Assembly (NCBI RefSeq): GCF_006345805.1
Contig: NW_021834694.1
Location: 1 to 45,793 of the forward strand
Length of the DNA: 45,793 bases
Source of the DNA: Octopus sinensis
Taxonomy: Eukaryota
Direction of reading: 5' to 3'
In this document: positions 38,853 through 45,793 of the stretch, one piece after another
How the letters are laid out: each line of letters starts with the position of its first letter
Position numbering within the stretch: position 1 is the first letter of the stretch
Made by a program: the position numbers and the translations under genes
The notes under the pieces: generated by a model
What the model saw: only the letters and a program-made list of their open reading frames with translations
What the model was told of the DNA's origin: nothing
The model's database searches: none

Positions 38853-39414
38853 TGGGGTTGTCCGGAAAGTTCGTGCCGATTTATAGTAGCTTACCTTTCG
38901 ACTTATTTTAGAACATGGTTGAGTCCATAAAATAGGATTTGACTACACCTCCATTTAGAACAAAGTTTAAGCTATCTTTTCGGGGAAGAAGGTTTATGTT
39001 CCTATAACCTGTGTTAATTCTGTAACCCTTTAATATGGAAAATAAGAAATTCATTTTCGGCACTTGATGCTTTGGGAGCCAGACAAAAGTTTCTGCAGCT
39101 CGGCTGGGATGTGTTACCCCACACTACATATTCACTTATTGCTCCTTCGGATTTTCACTTATTCAGGACTCTGCAGAACAGTCTTAGTGGCAAAAATTTC
39201 AATTCCTTTGATGACGTAAAATTATACCTTGATAAATTCTTTGCCATGAAACGATCTCAATTCTGGGAAGAGGGTATTTTCAAGTTAAAGGAAAGATCGA
39301 AACGCATTGTGCAACAAAATGCTTCATATTTGGTCGATTAAAAATGTAATGGCAAGTATTTATTGATCTTTTTCTTTCCTTTAAAAATCGGCACGAACTT
39401 TCCGGACAACCCAA
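38853..39414 (+). mobile_element. Internally deleted mariner with both TIRs
   Basis: TIRs gggttgtccggaaagttcgtgccgattt / aaatcggcacgaactttccggacaaccc. The ATG at 39035 (MENK..HFRHLML) is joined to the C-terminal LGWDVLPH..YS.IAPSDFHLF. Confidence 0.93.
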
Positions 39415-39968
39415 TACTTTCTCTGTGTCACATGCGATACATATGACGGGTAATGGGTTAAGGAAGAACAACAAATAAAATGGCTACAAAATTCCCAAAT
39501 AAACAACGGAAATCAACAAAGGAGCGATTAAAAATACGTGAAAAAACTTTGAAGAGATATGTAGATGTCAAAATTTAACTGATGCTGATTAAGTTAATTT
39601 CTCTAGAAATGAATATATAATGACAAAAATGATTGAATATTTAATAAAATAGTGTGCCAAGAATTTCATTACCATGGTGAGCAAAACAGATTTAATTACA
39701 ATATTTAAATATCTTTACGTATGTATATATGTTTGTGTGCTTAGGGTGGTGTGGGTGTATGTGTGTGTGTGTTTACCTCTGTGTGTATAATTTTCTGTGT
39801 GCGTCTATTTGAATACATATGTATATATAAATGCATATTTGTTATATGGATATTATATATTATATATATAAATACACACACACACACTCATATATACATA
39901 ACGGTAAAGTACTCACTAATTAGATAATAACAACAACAACAATAATAATAATAATTGTCATTATTATT

Positions 39969-40620
39969 GTCTTTGCACAGCTTTTAACGATGGAGATGTA
40001 CTATGGTGTCAGCTGTTCACTACCAGTGAACTAAGGTAACACCTCTTATGTTTGGAGCACCTTCCGGAGTATTCGAGCGGTTCCAATCAGTGCTGTTTTC
40101 TGCAAGTGCTCCACTCTTATTGCAGTCCCTATTTGCAACATTTACATCTCGAGATTTTTACTCACTTTTCCCAGCGCTCCGACAATTATTGGTACCACTA
40201 CCACCTTTTTCATCGACCACAACAGCTTTACCTCCCAAGCTAACTTGTCATACCTATCGATTTTTATTTCTTCCTTGTCACATACCTTGTTGTCAGCTGA
40301 GCATGCTCTATCTAGGATCCTGCATAGTTTGGTTTCTTTCTCAATTAAGACTACGTCTGGCTTCCTATTCTCTACTCATCGTTGCACTGAATCATAAAAT
40401 CCCACAGGATCTTTGCATTATCATTTTCGATGATGCCTTCGGGTTTGTTGTGGTACCAATTTTTTTGCTCTATTGGACACATGTTGCAAATTGTCCTATA
40501 GACAAGCCTTGCTATATTGTCGTGGCGTTTCTTATATTCCTTCTGGGCTAGTAGCGTACATTGGTTGGTAATATGCCATACGGTTTCACCATTTTGTCTA
40601 CAGATTCTGTACATATATCT
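39969..40620 (-). mobile_element. Decayed R4/Dong-like RLE retrotransposon 3' portion
   Basis: RICRQNGETVWHITNQC knuckle, EYKKRHDNIA and ENDNAKILWDFMIQC. The 3' end runs into aataataat. Confidence 0.88.
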
Positions 40621-40676
40621 TTCAGTAAGCTGGCAGAATCATTAGTGTTGGAAAATATGCCTTGCAACTCTTACTA

Positions 40677-40828
40677 TTCTTCTTCTTCTTCTTCTTCTTC
40701 TTCTTCTTCTTCTTCTTCTTCTTCTTCTTCTTCTTCTTCTTCTTCTTCTTCTTCTCTCTTCTTCTTTTCTATTCTTCTTCTTCTTCTTCTTCTTCTTCTT
40801 CTTCTTCTTCTTCTTCTTCTTCTTCTTC
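40677..40828. repeat. (TTC)n microsatellite
   Basis: Directly visible. Confidence 0.97.
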
Positions 40829-43194
40829 CTTTCTTTTATTAGCCAAATTCTGAAATTTCAAGGGAGGGGCAAGTGGATTACATCGATTCCAATGCTCAAC
40901 TGAAACCTATTTTTTCGATCCTGAGTGAATGAAAGGCATAATTGACATCAGCAGGATTTGAACCCCATTGTCGAAAGAGCAGCAAGGCATATTTTCCAAC
41001 ACTCTAATGATTCTGCCAGCTTACTGAAATTTTCCAAGTTTCGAGCTACTGTTTTTCTATAGGATAAAGTATTTTTGTAAAATTTCAGGTTCATATAACT
41101 TGGTATATACTTGGTGAAATCGAGGCTTACACATAGTATGATTTTAAGATTTATTCCCTTATAATATAAAATTCAACGTTTAAAATATCTCTGTTGTAAC
41201 GGTTGTCGAGATTTGTAGATGCAAAATAAGTGTGAAATAAGTTAGAGAGAAAAATGAAGCAGAAATACTCAAAATAGAAGATAGAGGAGGGAGAGAAATA
41301 TAAAAACGGAATGGAAAAGGCCTACACCAAAAGATGGATACAGGTAGATGTCTCATCGCAGTGAAAAAGAAGAAGAAGGAAGAAATTATTGTTTGAAGAT
41401 AGTAGTAGATATGGTAAGGAATGGAGAAAGAACATATTTATAGAAGAGAAGTATTCAAGTTAACATGAAAGTGTAAGGTGTACGATTATGTAAGTAACAG
41501 AAGGAAATAAAGAGAGATATAGGAAGAATTAGACGGTTTACTGACTAAAAAACAACAGTTTTGATAATGTAGTAAGGAATGTTGTATGGTTTATGAATAC
41601 GAACATAACAGACTAACAGTGGAGTGGAAAAAACTGAGGCATGAAACAGAGAAATAAGTGACTGAATCAACCTCTATGCGACCGTTGGTAAAGGAGCCGA
41701 GCAATTTACAATAATATAAAGGAAAAAGCGAAGGGAGGAGAAAAATAGAAGAAGAAAAAGAAGAAAAGTGAGTCAGAGACACATCGTCCGTAATTAAATT
41801 ATATATAACACTAGGTATACTGATAGTTTTCACTTGTCCTGCGAAATACTCTTCAATATATAACTAACAGTGTTAAGAAGGAAGATTCCAAATATTCCAT
41901 AAAATGACATTATATTCATTGTATAGTTCCAATAAAGTTCCGTAGAATAAACTTGTTTCGGTGACGACAGTTTGAAATGAGATCACTCCTCGAAGTCAGT
42001 ATAATAAAAAGATATAGTCCAGATCCTCCAAAAAATAGTTTGACAAACTGAACTATTAATTACAATATTTTAACATTTGTGACTCGGTCTTCTTATGATA
42101 TCCAGAATACAGTGGTGTTCCTTTTCTTTGGATGTCTATATGTAAGTCATATATATAATCGCCAACTTAGGTTCACTTGAACCTACATAGGTCCTGTTTT
42201 ACGGTCTGTCAACTTCACTCCACCAGCGTGAGAAATAGTGAGAGCATTGTTCTTAAGGTGATGGATTGCCAGATTGTTGAAGTGTCGAACAGAATATCTT
42301 AAAATACATTGCGGTAATTATTACAAATCTTATGTACTCACATCACAACGGATTTTATTATGCCTTTCACCCCTAACTTCCGATAAATGATAATAAAAGT
42401 CTAGCACTGGGGAAACAAATGCGATCTTCTTATCCCTACCCTCAAAATTACTGGCCTTGTGCTTAAATGTGAAACCGTTATTGCTCTTGTTGCTGTTATT
42501 AGATTTTACTGCCACTTGTTATCTATCTGCGATTCCCCATATGTTAACACTCGCTACGGTATTAAACAATAAAAGCTAATATAACGCAATACTAATGTTA
42601 TAGACTTTAACTGCTTATAGAACAATTTGCCGAAAGAACATCAAAAGCATATTTGTAATATAAACCGCACGCAGATCAAAGGATCAATAACCGAATTGAT
42701 TATGGTATCATTGTTAACTTCAAGTCTGTACTTTTACAGATACACGTAACATCGCTGTCTTAAAATTTGCATTCGTTAAATCTATTAATGAGCTATAATC
42801 ACAAGAATTAAAGCAGGCTTATTAATAACGGTCGTTTGATGGACGATGTTCGCCATGAAAAGACGTTCTAGTTCTCGGTTTTGTATATATATATATATAT
42901 AATATATATATATATATATTAATATATATATATATAAGTATGTATGTATATATACAGCCATACATATAAACATACATACAAGCATACATACATGCATACA
43001 TACATATGTACATATATGTATGTATGTAGGCATGTATGCTTGTATGTATGTTTGTATATATGGATGTATATACATATGTATATAAGGTCATTTATATGTA
43101 TGTATATATATGTATATACGTATATATATATGTGTGTGTGTGTATGTATGTATATATATATTCATGTCTATACATACAGAGACATATATACACA

Positions 43195-43241
<47 letters not shown>

Positions 43242-43447
43242 TTATATATATATATATATATACGTACAACATACACGCGTACACATATATATATGATGCA
43301 AGGGAAAGAAAAAAGAGAAGATAGGATCAGAGGGAAAAGATAGGCAACAATGCTGATATATTTAAGTTGGTAGATAAATAATTAGAGAGGGAGATCCATA
43401 GGCAAGAAGATTGGTAAATAGATAGATAGGTAGATAGATAGATAGAT

Positions 43448-43518
<71 letters not shown>

Positions 43519-44145
43519 GATAGAGAGAGAGGGGGGAAGAGAGAGATAGGGAGGGAATAAATGAAAGTTTTAAAGAGTTTCGGTTATGGACCATGAATGC
43601 TTTAATAAAGAATTTCAAGGTCTGGTAATAATAAGACACACACACACACACACACACACGTACATACACACACACACACACACACTCACACACACACACA
43701 GAGAAAGAAAGACACACACATACACACAAAGACACACACTTACACGGACACATACACAAACATATAAAAGCACATATATAGATAGATGCATACGTACCTT
43801 TCTGCATGCATGCATACATTCATCCATACATACATATGACGGCCATCATACATGCAAAAATCACTCAATATTTTTCTGATGAGCACGGAAGGGACCTAAG
43901 CGGAACGAATATGTATGTATATACAAACGTGTCTGTGTGTGGTGTGTATGTATGTTTGCGTCTGTGTGTGGTGTGTATGTATTATTGCGTATGTGTACAT
44001 ATATAGATATATAAATATATATTTATTTATATAGTATCCATCTAGCTACCTATCTATGCATATATGATATGCCTGTATATATATAAATATATATATCATA
44101 TACATGCATATGCATATATATATATATATACATACATACTATATA

Positions 44146-44181
<36 letters not shown>

Positions 44182-44186
<5 letters not shown>

Positions 44187-44273
44187 TTTATTTCACAAGT
44201 ATAACTTGGTCCACAATACACGGGATATGTGGGTGAGTATATATGCATATATATATGTATGTATGTATATGTG

Positions 44274-44305
<32 letters not shown>

Positions 44306-44660
44306 ATATATATATATATATGTAGTATGTATGTATATGTATATATATATACATATATATCATATATATATATATATATGTATAGTATGTATATGTATGT
44401 ATACATACCTATATATATATTATATATATATATATATATGTTGTATACATACATATACATACATATACATATAATATATATATATATATATATTATGTAT
44501 ATATATAATATATACATATACATACATAGATATATACATATATATATATATATAATATATATACTATACATACATACATCTATATATATATGCATAATAC
44601 TCCACCACATATCCCGTGTATTTGTGACCAAGTTATTACTTTTGAAACTAATAAAGTATA
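44182..44660. repeat. Imperfect fold-back inverted repeat in low-complexity DNA
   Basis: 44182-44255 (tatactttatttcacaagtataacttggtccacaatacacgggatatgtgggtgagtat) matches the reverse complement of 44585-44660. Confidence 0.85.
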
Positions 44661-45171
44661 TTTGTCGCATCAAAAGCTGTTAAGTTTTTGACAAGAGCTT
44701 TCGCACAGAACTATAACACATTCAAACTTTAATGAAACTTCACAATATATATATATATACATATATATGAATGTATGTATATATTTATGTATGTATGTAT
44801 GTATGTATGTATTTATGTAAGTATGCATGTGTGTGTGTGTGTGTGTATGAATGTATGTGTATGCGGATACATGCGGCGAGAGATATTTTAATAAGACGTT
44901 GCATTTGATTTAAATGTTCTGCGACTTCTTATTTCTGTTAAAGCATTTTAATACAGAAACGCGATACTTTGATTTCTTTTTACCGTGATTTTTCTCTGTA
45001 CCTATGAACAGCTAATGCGAAATCCTATGTATGTATGTACGTATGCATGTATGTATGTATGTATGTATGTATGTATGTATGTATGTATGTATGTATGTAT
45101 GTATGTATGTATGTATGTATGTTTGTATGAATGTATGTATGTATGCATGTATGTTTGTACGTATGTATGTA

Positions 45172-45485
45172 GTGAAGGCGCATGGCTCAGTGGTTAGAGC
45201 GTCGAGCTTACGATTGTGAGGTTGTGAGTTCGAATCTCCGGACCGGGCTGCGTGTTGTGTTCTTGAGCAAGACACTTTATTTCACGTTGTTTCCATTCAC
45301 TCAGCTGTAGTATGAGTTGCGACATCACTGCCTTTCCCTTGGATTACATCGTTGGCATGGAGAGGGGAGGCTAGTATGCATGGCTGACTGCTGGTCTTCC
45401 ATAAACAACCTTGCTTGGACATGTCCCTGGGAGGGTAAGTTTGTAGGTGCAATCACATGGTCATTCACGACCGAAGGGGGATCCC
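45172..45485 (+). mobile_element. tRNA-derived SINE
   Basis: A-box tggctcagtgg, B-box gagttcgaatc, core gtgttcttgagcaagacactttatttcac. Confidence 0.85.
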
Positions 45486-45532
45486 GATGTATGTACGTAC
45501 GAACGTACCTATCTTCCTACCTATCCAGCCAG

Positions 45533-45601
<69 letters not shown>

Positions 45602-45793
45602 ATCTATCTATCTATCTCTAGAAACACAACCAAACCAAATGCAAACACGAACAAAGCAGGGGGAAATACATCTCCCAAGACATTTCAAACCCAACGCAAA
45701 CAACAGCCACACCAACACCACAAAACATATACACAAACTGCTCACATCCATAGACACAAAACACAAACTTGATGGAATACATCCCTCAAAAAC

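Noticed and set aside
43873-43920. CTGATGA...GGAAC...GTA hammerhead candidate
   Set aside because: The GAAA box is mutated and there is no convincing stem I.

Overview
AT-rich, microsatellite-saturated eukaryotic intronic/intergenic DNA. The SINE repertoire resembles that of octopus/coleoid cephalopods; this is inferred from recalled repeat sequences, not from a search. No intact host gene is visible, and nearly all listed ORFs are translations of simple repeats. The window is a mosaic of transposon relics: tRNA-derived SINEs of several families, decayed mariner/Tc1 elements and MITEs, two non-autonomous Helitrons, CR1/L2-like RT fragments, R4/Dong-like RLE retrotransposon fragments beside (AAT)n, and a stop-free L1/Tx1-like 3' fragment embedded in an (ATCT)n array. 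The most notable signal is a set of short, mutually unrelated, mostly (TA)n-flanked units that each carry a minimal type I hammerhead-ribozyme fold with a palindromic stem III, resembling Penelope-like pseudo-LTRs or retrozymes. One of these units forms a ~770-bp fold-back. Two candidate micro-exons and a candidate E-box/FOX enhancer were also noted. Coordinates were counted by eye and may be off by a few bases.
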